Shown here: positions 9,041-16,730 of the stretch, piece after piece | Position numbering within the stretch: the first letter of the stretch is position 1 | Layout: every line of letters starts with the position of its first letter | IMG/VR virus record: IMGVR_UViG_3300037044_000237 | Span: 1-33,355 of that record | Direction: 5' to 3' (one strand) | Length of the DNA: 33,355 nt | Origin: a virus | Taxonomy: Duplodnaviria; Caudoviricetes | Program-made: the position numbers and the translations under genes | Notes under the pieces: generated by a model | What the model saw: only the letters and a program-made list of their open reading frames with translations | The model's database searches: none | What the model was told of the DNA's origin: nothing

Positions 9041-9188
9041 CCGTCAAAGTTTTATCAAAGGGAGGTTACATGCCTGCGCTATTGCGGTAGCCTAACCCCG
9101 TGTATTGGTTATAATGGCCAATGCAGGCCCTTTGATGGACTTTGACGGCGGGAAGTGGGCTACCGTATTTTTATGCCCGCACGTCAAA
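9041..9188 (+). ncRNA. Structured RNA / switch resembling P1 C4 or P4 CI antisense systems
   Basis: Stem 9041-9062/9128-9148; hairpin 9101-9111/9115-9125; alternative pairings 9083-9093/9157-9167 and 9141-9152/9176-9188. Confidence 0.55.
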
Positions 9189-9229
9189 AAACATCAAATG
9201 AAATATAAAACTATTAGGGAGGGCAGTGG

Positions 9230-9406
9230 ATGAACGAGCCCTCGAAAAAAGAGCTACAGGCACTTATACGCGTTGCCGAATCGAACCGCGTAATGATCAG
9301 CGCATTTGTTTCAATGACCGAAGCCTGTATTGTTCTGATGAAACGCTACGAAACAAACTACCCCGACGAAAGCAGTAAGAAATCAAAGCTTAAACTTGTA
9401 AAATAA
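9230..9406 (+). CDS. Unlisted 58-aa protein
   Basis: MNEPSKKELQALIRVAESNRVMISAFVSMTEACIVLMKRYETNYPDESSKKSKLKLVK; coupled by ATGA to mini-ORF 9198-9233. Confidence 0.5.
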   Translation: MNEPSKKELQALIRVAESNRVMISAFVSMTEACIVLMKRYETNYPDESSKKSKLKLVK

Positions 9407-9451
9407 CCGGATAGCCGCTGAAAACGGCGGCTTCCTTTAAACCCACAAATT

Positions 9452-10156
9452 ATGAAAAAATCTCTACTATTTATTTGCATCCTGGCAGTCATTGCATCAT
9501 GCAAGAAAGACGACAATTTAACAATTAACCAAAATGAGGTCACACTACATCATGATTCAACATTTAAGTTAACGGCCAATTATGCCTGCACGTATAGCAC
9601 AGTTGACAGTACTGTGGCTAAAGTTGCGGCGGATGGAACTGTTACCGGCGTACTGGTTGGAAGTACCACAATACTTGTGAAGGCCATCGGGCAATTAGCC
9701 ACATGCAAAGTTACAGTTACTCCAGTAAGCAATTTATATAAAGAGCCTTATCTTATATTCGGATCGACCGTGGCTTCAGTTAAAAGCTATGAACAGCGTG
9801 ACCTGCTATCGGAAACCACTACAATGTTATTTTATTCCGGTGAAAATAGTAATACGCTAATGGTATTGTACTCATTTGAAAATGGGAAGTTAGAATCATC
9901 ATTGGTGATGTTAAATAACTCGGCATTAGTGGCTGAGGCGTTAACAACATATATGAAAGAAAGATATTACTACCTCGGTTATTCCGACCCATATTATTTA
10001 TTTTCAAATAAAAAAGGTATTCTAGCCGCCATTTCCGTTCAGGAAACCTTAGGGCTTAATGTAATTTACACAAAAGAATCATATAAGGGTCTTGAAAGTG
10101 CAACCGGCAGTATTTTGAAAGCCCAAAATCAGTTAACCGGCAAATTATGTAAATAG
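9452..10156 (+). CDS. Lipoprotein with Ig-like (Big_2-type) domain; moron
   Basis: Signal peptide with lipobox IASC then KKDD; VAKVAADGTVTG...GSTTILV...ATCKVTV; AT-rich. Confidence 0.8.
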   Translation: MKKSLLFICILAVIASCKKDDNLTINQNEVTLHHDSTFKLTANYACTYSTVDSTVAKVAADGTVTGVLVGSTTILVKAIGQLATCKVTVTPVSNLYKEPYLIFGSTVASVKSYEQRDLLSETTTMLFYSGENSNTLMVLYSFENGKLESSLVMLNNSALVAEALTTYMKERYYYLGYSDPYYLFSNKKGILAAISVQETLGLNVIYTKESYKGLESATGSILKAQNQLTGKLCK

Positions 10157-10178
10157 ACCATTGGTATATAGGATTGAC

Positions 10179-10210
10179 AAAAAAAAGCCACCGGTTAGGG
10201 TGGCTTTTTT
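10179..10210. terminator. Bidirectional intrinsic terminator
   Basis: A8-GCCACC-ggttag-GGTGGC-T6 between convergent genes. Confidence 0.88.
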
Positions 10211-10213
10211 CAT

Positions 10214-10615
10214 TTAAACAGTTTGCCTGAAGGTAAGCGCCTTCACGCTGATCCCGTCCGTTCGTCGTTCGGATAACATGCCCTGGTAGTAATAACCTGC
10301 ACCGATAAGCTTGTTAGTTACTTCCTCCACAATGTCGAGCTTTGCCATCGTAATTGCAAGCGCTCCCCCGGGCGATTTGGCGGGCCGGTCGCCCAGGCGG
10401 TTATGGGCCACCCGGATTGTGAATGTATTGGTACGGTCGTATTCATCGGCCGCGAGCGCATCGGCACTCTGGTTAAGGCTTACGAGCGCACACGGGAAGG
10501 CCACCGGCGGCTTTACCTCGTAAACATCAAGCTGCCCGAAATCCTCGTCAACCCATTTTAAATTTTTCATCCCGTTAAGCAGGTCGTAAATGGCTTTTAA
10601 ATCGTCTTTAATCAT
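10214..10615 (-). CDS. Mu gp37-like tail terminator/neck protein
   Basis: WVDEDFGQLD..KPPVAFPCALV; follows gpG-like gene. Confidence 0.55.
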   Translation of the reverse strand: MIKDDLKAIYDLLNGMKNLKWVDEDFGQLDVYEVKPPVAFPCALVSLNQSADALAADEYDRTNTFTIRVAHNRLGDRPAKSPGGALAITMAKLDIVEEVTNKLIGAGYYYQGMLSERRTDGISVKALTFRQTV

Positions 10616-10619
10616 CGTT

Positions 10620-11171
10620 TTAAGGGTTTAGTAAAATGTTTCTTAGGTCGTTGGTTGCCCTGGATAACATGAGCCTCTTTAGCTCGGCACCCTTGCCCAT
10701 ATATTGGCGCTTTGGGATGGTGATAATCCTGGACTGCTTCTTGGTGATGGCCATTGCCTTCCAGCTTTGGTTTTCCTTTCCACTTTCGTAATACTTAGCC
10801 CAGGCGAACCTTCGCATAGCCGGGGTGATCTGCTGAGTAATGACGCCGCCCTCGTTGTGTATGCGACTGTAAACAAGCGATGAGGCAATTACTACCTTGC
10901 CGGTTGAGATTACGGCCCTGATTGAATTGTGGAGCTCCTTGCGCGAGCTGAGCAGTGTGCCGTAACCTGAAGCCGCACTTCTATCCTGTCCTATTCGTTT
11001 CGATGGCTTCCAGGGCTGCAATACATCGTCAACGTAACCACCCTTTATGAAATTCTGCTGGTAATGGTCAACGGCAATTTTGCCGATATGCCTGGGGAAG
11101 TCCTCATTAACATATCGCTTCATTTTAGTCAGCTTCGATTCAAAAAGCTTCTGAAATTGTGCCGGTGTCAT
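10620..11171 (-). CDS. Virion morphogenesis protein (Mu gpG/tail completion-like)
   Basis: QNF...WKPS...LHNSI...YSRIHNEGG...IPKRQYMG. Confidence 0.85.
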   Translation of the reverse strand: MTPAQFQKLFESKLTKMKRYVNEDFPRHIGKIAVDHYQQNFIKGGYVDDVLQPWKPSKRIGQDRSAASGYGTLLSSRKELHNSIRAVISTGKVVIASSLVYSRIHNEGGVITQQITPAMRRFAWAKYYESGKENQSWKAMAITKKQSRIITIPKRQYMGKGAELKRLMLSRATNDLRNILLNP

Positions 11172-11185
11172 TTTTTTTAAGCCAG

Positions 11186-11219
11186 TTTGTTGAAATCATT
11201 AATTATGGTTGTACATTTG
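11186..11219 (+). promoter_or_regulatory. Bacteroidetes-type promoter firing antisense to the head operon
   Basis: TTTG (11186-11189) and perfect TACATTTG (11212-11219); 22-nt spacer is slightly long. Confidence 0.55.
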
Positions 11220-11227
11220 CAGAAGAG

Positions 11228-11286
11228 TAGGCTTTGGATATCAGTCGCGCTGGAGTTAATCCGGAGAAGACGCTTTCCAAAGCCTA
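11228..11286 (+). ncRNA. Putative small hairpin RNA overlapping the MuF stop codon
   Basis: Perfect 11-bp inverted repeat TAGGCTTTGGA/TCCAAAGCCTA enclosing CTGGA-GTTAA-TCCGG; just downstream of the promoter box; no U-tract. Confidence 0.45.
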
Positions 11287-12558
11287 TTTCTTTATCGGCT
11301 TTTTAATTACTCCCTTTGGCAGATAGTCGGTAATGCAGTACAATACCTCCCGCTTATAATGCCGGTGCAGCTTCACATTTACATACGCTTTCCTGCCAGC
11401 TATTTCAGCCTCATAATAGGTAAATAGCTCCGCTTCAGGATGCTTTGTTTTACCGGCAAATGTGTGCCCCTGAGGGTAAGTATCGACGGGTTTATAACCA
11501 ATGTACTTCCAGCCCTTAATCTCATCGCTGATTTTCGGAATATACAATAGCTTTTCATAACCGGCATTGTGCTCCCTTACATCGGAGATGCTCCTGCGCA
11601 ATACAACCAGGCTTCCGGACTGAAGGGCGCTGTTGGTAATGATTACACCATTGTGCCCGGGCAGAGTTGACCTAAAGGTTTTTAATGCTTGCTCAGCATA
11701 GGCGAGCATTACCTTATTCACAAATGATTTTACAAGCTCTGCAAGCTTTTTGCCACCATAAGCATTGGTTACATAGGGGTGCTTCAGGCTGAAAATCTTA
11801 CCTGTGAATGCCGGGTTACCATCGAGCCCGGCGGGTGGCTCCGGAATATCATCGCCAATATTGAACAGCTTCCCGTTCGGGGCCTCGTCGGTATTGGTAA
11901 TGCCGCACTTGCAATTCCACAGACTGCCCGGGTACTGGATTTGCCAGAATGGATGCGCGATCGGTAAAATAAGCCCGTACAGCTTTACATGCGGCTCACG
12001 TTTTACAACGCTGGTTGATTCAGTCCAGCGGAGGTTTGGGTAAAGATCGGCATCGCGCTGAAATTGTTTGTACCTGGCAGCCATGCGCGCACGGATCACG
12101 GCGGTATCATATTCCGTTTTCAGCCAGTTCTTGTTATACTCACCTATTACAGGCTCAGCATCGCGCCGGAATTGATCAAATGGCTTGAGCTTCCCGTTTT
12201 CATCGAGTAGAAGCTTTGCCAGGTCGTTCTGTTGACGGTGGGTCTTAAATGCCGAAAATACGCCGTTGTTGTACTTCAGCTCATTTACAAAGTCATAGTC
12301 TGGGTGATCATACGAAATGGAACCAAAGCCGGTATCTATAGCCCCGTTAAGCGTGTCGAAAGTAACTTTAAACAGATTGGGCTCAATGCCGGTTTCAACA
12401 TCGACCAGCTCATTGTAGATATTCTCCAGGGCTTTGTTTAGTATGTCCCCGAGTCCGTCCGTTTCGGCAACCGGGCTGGCTTGCGAGTATAGCTCGTGTT
12501 GGTAAAGGCCGTCAACTAAAATTTTAAAGGAGCCCCCCCGAGCCTGAGGGCTTCTGAG
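11284..12558 (-). CDS. MuF (Mu gp30) minor head protein with C-terminal extension; probably made by -1 frameshift from portal
   Basis: Frame open from 12606 to 11284. MuF motifs FSAFKTH and WLKTEYDTA lie upstream of the first GTG (12099); HPFW..YPGSLWNCKCG lies downstream. Confidence 0.8.
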   Translation of the reverse strand, partial: LRSPQARGGSFKILVDGLYQHELYSQASPVAETDGLGDILNKALENIYNELVDVETGIEPNLFKVTFDTLNGAIDTGFGSISYDHPDYDFVNELKYNNGVFSAFKTHRQQNDLAKLLLDENGKLKPFDQFRRDAEPVIGEYNKNWLKTEYDTAVIRARMAARYKQFQRDADLYPNLRWTESTSVVKREPHVKLYGLILPIAHPFWQIQYPGSLWNCKCGITNTDEAPNGKLFNIGDDIPEPPAGLDGNPAFTGKIFSLKHPYVTNAYGGKKLAELVKSFVNKVMLAYAEQALKTFRSTLPGHNGVIITNSALQSGSLVVLRRSISDVREHNAGYEKLLYIPKISDEIKGWKYIGYKPVDTYPQGHTFAGKTKHPEAELFTYYEAEIAGRKAYVNVKLHRHYKREVLYCITDYLPKGVIKKPIKK

Positions 12559-13817
12559 AAAAAACCAAAGAACCTTTCCATCGCGGTGGCCTCCGTGCCC
12601 TTCTTTTTAGCTTTGCCTGGCACTGGCTGTTTCGGATCGGTGGTTTTGTCTTCCGGATCATCATTATCATCCTGGTTGCCGCCTGAGACCGTTTCCCCGT
12701 CTTTAGGCATTCTTACGCCCGACACCTCGTATATGTATTCGTCTGATACCGGTATGCCCTTGCCTCTGATATTTAGTGCGATATCAACCCGTGTTTTGGT
12801 ATCCAGGCTCTCCCCCTGTTCAGGGAATACAAATTTACCACCCGTTACCGGCAGCCCCAGGAGCTCCCATACCGGCAAGATCTTACTGTTGAGAACACGG
12901 CGCACAAAACGGCGGTCTGCCTTGTTTTTGTCTTCAGACACGTCCTTATGCGTTTCGGACTGAGAGCGGCTTGATCCGTCAACAGTGGTCATGGTTTCCC
13001 CCAGTACCGTGATCAGTATTTCCTTTTCACAACGGTCGATCAACTTATCGAAAAGCTCCCCATTGCTGTTGCTGGTGGCTTCCTTCTGGTCAAGCTCAGC
13101 CTCTTTAGGAACCACCATATTCAGCTTGCCCCCCGCCATCTGTAAAGCCTTTATCAACTCATCGCGTACAGTGGTGTCGTAGGCCGAATACTTCCATGCC
13201 CGGAAAGGCATGCCGAATATTTCGGCAAACTCAGTCCAGTCGCCAAAGCCGCCCCTTTTGTAGATAACATAAACGGCAGCTTTGTAAATATAGCCAAGCG
13301 GGTCGTTCGGGTTGATTACTTCAACCAGGTAAGGGTTATCGGCATATGCCAGCCCGTTTTCGTCATACTCGTTGGTAACGACCATCTTTTTAGCCGTATT
13401 CAGGTTGCGCCTGGGCACATTGTAGAATTTGAGTGAGGGCAATACACTCATAACATCGATAACGGATATACCCCAGGCCTGTGCCTCCATGATGTATGTG
13501 AGCAGGTTTTCAAATTCCACGCTATCCATCAAGGCATTAATTTCCTCATCCGGCTCTCCCTGTGCGTTTATAAAAACCAGTTCAGCGTTGGTAACTGCCT
13601 CGGTGCGCTTTCCTATCGATACCGATAAAGTACCATCGGCCATAAGGTTTTCGTATAGCTTGAACAGGCTATTCCGCATGCCCATCTTTGCCGAGTTAAC
13701 CGCACTACGCCAGGTTGACACATCGGCGCTTTCAACGTTTGCGGGCCGTGCTTCAACAACAACTACATGTTGCTCAATCTTTGGGGCTTTGCCCCCTTTT
13801 TTTACCTCTACAGCCAT
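12516..13817 (-). CDS. Portal protein (Mu gp29/DUF935-like)
   Basis: DWTEFAEIFGMPFR, ITVLGETMTT..GSSRSQSETH; position after gp36-like. Confidence 0.9.
   Translation of the reverse strand: MAVEVKKGGKAPKIEQHVVVVEARPANVESADVSTWRSAVNSAKMGMRNSLFKLYENLMADGTLSVSIGKRTEAVTNAELVFINAQGEPDEEINALMDSVEFENLLTYIMEAQAWGISVIDVMSVLPSLKFYNVPRRNLNTAKKMVVTNEYDENGLAYADNPYLVEVINPNDPLGYIYKAAVYVIYKRGGFGDWTEFAEIFGMPFRAWKYSAYDTTVRDELIKALQMAGGKLNMVVPKEAELDQKEATSNSNGELFDKLIDRCEKEILITVLGETMTTVDGSSRSQSETHKDVSEDKNKADRRFVRRVLNSKILPVWELLGLPVTGGKFVFPEQGESLDTKTRVDIALNIRGKGIPVSDEYIYEVSGVRMPKDGETVSGGNQDDNDDPEDKTTDPKQPVPGKAKKKGTEATAMERFFGFFSEALRLGGAPLKF
12531..12564 (-). promoter_or_regulatory. Candidate -1 ribosomal frameshift signal
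   Basis: T TTT TTC (12564-12558) in portal frame, 5-nt spacer, hairpin AGCCCTC/GGGGGCT. Confidence 0.7.
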
Positions 13818-14228
13818 TTAGATATAGTTTTCGCGTTTGTAATTGCTATTCCATGACACTGATCCTGCCGTATTATCGGGCTGCACGGCGATAGGCAAAT
13901 CGGGCACTACCTCACCAGCCTGAACAGATTTTAACCAGGACACGGCGCGGTTATAACGATCCTGCCGCGACTTGTAATCGGTACCGGGGTTCGCTAAATT
14001 GGTATAGTGCCAGATGGCGATATCCTTTACGAATATGACCAGGAGCGCGTTTCGCGCATCCCCGATTTGGCCAAAAATAGCCGGTATGTCAAACTTGTGC
14101 AGGTAGCCCTTTGCCTCCTGAGTTGCCCCATCGATGGCGGCCGTTAATATGGTGTCGTCGGTACCGCTGATTGCCTCTATCTGCTCGTCGTAGAGGTGGG
14201 TTTTAATTTCTTCTAATGTGATGTACAT
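13818..14228 (-). CDS. Mu gp36/DUF1320-like head-tail adaptor
   Basis: MYITLEE, EAKGYL, DIAIWH, RYNRAVSWLKSVQAG..PDLP. Confidence 0.85.
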   Translation of the reverse strand: MYITLEEIKTHLYDEQIEAISGTDDTILTAAIDGATQEAKGYLHKFDIPAIFGQIGDARNALLVIFVKDIAIWHYTNLANPGTDYKSRQDRYNRAVSWLKSVQAGEVVPDLPIAVQPDNTAGSVSWNSNYKRENYI

Positions 14229-14230
14229 GT

Positions 14231-14581
14231 TTAATCAGGGTTATTGGTGTCGAAAAAAACAAGGCTTTCGGTATTGGTAACATTCACATTGTGGTTGAAA
14301 AAGCCGATCCGCTTCGCGCTCCTTATGTCATCGCGGTGGAGTATTCGGTAGCGCATACCAAGAAAGTAAACCCGGTATCGCTTACCCTTTTTTCTTTTGA
14401 GCCTCATGGCTTTCCGCTTAGCCCTTTCTAAAGCGGCCGGTCGGCCGTGGAACCTGATGCGTAGCTCCTTAACTTTAAGCCTTACCGGCCTTAAGTATTT
14501 TGACTTCCAAAGCAGCACTAAAGCGGTAATTATGAGAATTACTGCCAATACCTGTTTGATGATGATAATCGGAATGATCAT
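14231..14581 (-). CDS. Hypothetical protein: N-terminal TM helix, very basic remainder
   Basis: Hydrophobic first ~25 aa then K/R-rich; overlaps terminase stop. Confidence 0.65.
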   Translation of the reverse strand: MIIPIIIIKQVLAVILIITALVLLWKSKYLRPVRLKVKELRIRFHGRPAALERAKRKAMRLKRKKGKRYRVYFLGMRYRILHRDDIRSAKRIGFFNHNVNVTNTESLVFFDTNNPD

Positions 14582-16107
14582 ATACGGTTGGGTTTAGATG
14601 GGTTGTCGATAAAGAAATAGCTGCCTGCTGACAGAGCAGCAATTTTTTGATTCAGGATAAAAAAAGCGCCTTCTACAGCATCAGGCCCGTCGGCCGGAGC
14701 TGGCAGGCCAGGCGCAACCAGCAAGAATTGCTCAGCCAGCCTCATCATGTGCGGGTTGTCTTTTTCCCGTTCATTTAGAATAAGCCGACCCGCATTATTC
14801 AACGGCTCAAGGTTACCCTCCATCCTGCTAAACTTGTCAGGCTTTTTGCGGTCGTCTGGTGAAATGGGGATAATTACGCCCTTCTCTTTCGCTGCATTGG
14901 CAAACAGCGGAATGAAAACCTGCTCGAAAAACGGGTCTTGAAGGCTGTTATTTTCAATATAATTATATACCTGGGTAGCGCCTTTTACAAACTCCTTCAG
15001 GTTATAGTACCACCCGACATAAGCGGCGTTGGTTACTGAGTCGAGATACCCGGTGATCACGTATAGATTGCCCTCATAAATGCCACAAAGCCACAGTGCC
15101 TTATTGGGCTTTAAACCCTTTTTGGATGTTTTGTTTGATGGGGCGGGGTCGCCATATGCAACGAGTAATGTAAATTTTGAAAGTTTGGGTACTACCCCCC
15201 AATGCATTTCTTTAAAAACGGTGCCCTCACTTAAGGGGTTGTTATAGTATTCCTGTTGTGCTGATCGTGTGGTAAGCGTAGAAAGTACCCTGTCTATTTG
15301 TGCTTCTGAGTTTTTCTCAGGCCAGGTACTAATCCCGTTTTTGTCTCTGATATTTATAACGTCCCAGTTATCGGCTCTCGCCCCTGCTCTGGTAATGCAG
15401 CAATCGCGGGCTATTATATTTCCGGCAAACACCAAAGTAAGCGGGTTGCTTATTGACCTTGTTGGAATAAGGGCCTGTTCAATCCAGGCCCACCGTTTAG
15501 CAATTATTTCAGGGTTCAGGCAATCCTGATCCGTGTCAATATCATCGACCAGGATAACATCCGGCCTTACGTCTTCGTTTTTGGTTCCGCGCGGGCTTTG
15601 GCCAGCTCCAACCGCCCTGTAGCTTACACCTTTTTTGGTTTTGAATTCCCCCTCTGACCAGTTACCGGCATCCGGCTGCCGACCGTAGTAAAATTCAATT
15701 CTTTGGTTGCTGTCAAGATTGATCCTGAAGGGCTCAAGCAATCTGTTTGCGTTATCCTGGCTATTGCTTACAAGTATGAAATTTCGCTTTTTGCCTGTTA
15801 GGGCGAGGTATAGCGAAACCATCATTACAATTGTTGACTTAGCCAGCTCGCGGCTCCAACTCAGTACCTCGTATGTTTCAGGGTTTTCAATAATTCTATT
15901 TATGGCCCTGATCTGAAACTTTGCAAAAGGTGCTTTCGCGTAGTTGGGGAACATTTCCTTCATCCACTCAGCCGGATCAGCCTCCAGTCTTTTGCGCTCT
16001 TTCTCTTTTTCGGCAAATGACAGGTTTCGGTTTACAGTGGTAGAGGCCTTTAGGTTCTTCCTGTATTCATCCCAATACGCCGCTGCTTTACGCTCCTCTA
16101 CTTTCAT
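14578..16107 (-). CDS. Terminase large subunit
   Basis: WSRELAKST (Walker A-like), VILVDDID (Walker B), YGDPA and DGPDAVEG nuclease motifs. Confidence 0.92.
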   Translation of the reverse strand: MKVEERKAAAYWDEYRKNLKASTTVNRNLSFAEKEKERKRLEADPAEWMKEMFPNYAKAPFAKFQIRAINRIIENPETYEVLSWSRELAKSTIVMMVSLYLALTGKKRNFILVSNSQDNANRLLEPFRINLDSNQRIEFYYGRQPDAGNWSEGEFKTKKGVSYRAVGAGQSPRGTKNEDVRPDVILVDDIDTDQDCLNPEIIAKRWAWIEQALIPTRSISNPLTLVFAGNIIARDCCITRAGARADNWDVINIRDKNGISTWPEKNSEAQIDRVLSTLTTRSAQQEYYNNPLSEGTVFKEMHWGVVPKLSKFTLLVAYGDPAPSNKTSKKGLKPNKALWLCGIYEGNLYVITGYLDSVTNAAYVGWYYNLKEFVKGATQVYNYIENNSLQDPFFEQVFIPLFANAAKEKGVIIPISPDDRKKPDKFSRMEGNLEPLNNAGRLILNEREKDNPHMMRLAEQFLLVAPGLPAPADGPDAVEGAFFILNQKIAALSAGSYFFIDNPSKPNRI

Positions 16108-16571
16108 CGCATCTGCTCTTTAATATAGGCATCGAAATAGTCGCTAATCTCCTGGGCTTTGCCTATGTCAATATTCCGTATCCACTCAAGCAGCTTGACG
16201 GATACATTAACCACGTCCTTAACATTGCACTCTACCTCAAGCGCTGCCAGATCGCTCACCAGTTTACGCCGGATATCGGCCTCTTTAGAATTCGGGTACC
16301 GGAACCCTGCGGCCTGGTTGGCAATTGAATTGTCAAGCTCAGTAAGCTGCATAATGGTTGACATCATCCGCTCCTCCCTGGTTACTGACAGGTTAAGCTT
16401 CATGCCCTCCCAGTTATCGGCTTTGGCCCATTTGCTTATACTTACTTCAGAGACACCCACCCTCAGCGATATTTCCTTTTGAGAAATTTTCTCCCTGGTG
16501 TAAAGCAGCTTTGCATAATCGCGAAGTTGCTGGAGCTTAGCCTTTGTTCTTGGTTTTGGTTTTATGGCCAT
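16104..16571 (-). CDS. Terminase small subunit (HTH)
   Basis: ISQKEISLRVGVSEVSISKW..DNW; overlaps the terminase large subunit start. Confidence 0.8.
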   Translation of the reverse strand: MAIKPKPRTKAKLQQLRDYAKLLYTREKISQKEISLRVGVSEVSISKWAKADNWEGMKLNLSVTREERMMSTIMQLTELDNSIANQAAGFRYPNSKEADIRRKLVSDLAALEVECNVKDVVNVSVKLLEWIRNIDIGKAQEISDYFDAYIKEQMR

Positions 16572-16730
16572 GTCAATTGATTAAAAACATGGCGAAAATA
16601 GATGATAAATACAGTATGTAAAAATAACTAAACAACACTTGGACAGTTATTTGCATAGTATAGTATTATGTTTTGATATTTGCTGCTCTAAGTGACATTG
16701 ATTAGTATTTAATCAAAAAACGAAACATGG
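16572..16730. promoter_or_regulatory. AT-rich divergent late promoter region
   Basis: Non-coding gap between divergent operons; no perfect TAnnTTTG noticed on the + strand. Confidence 0.55.

Noticed and set aside
11228-11286. tRNA or intrinsic terminator
   Set aside because: No cloverleaf or T-loop consensus and no U-tract; kept only as a putative sRNA.
11284-12099. 271-aa ORF as the complete MuF gene
   Set aside because: MuF motifs continue upstream in the same open frame.
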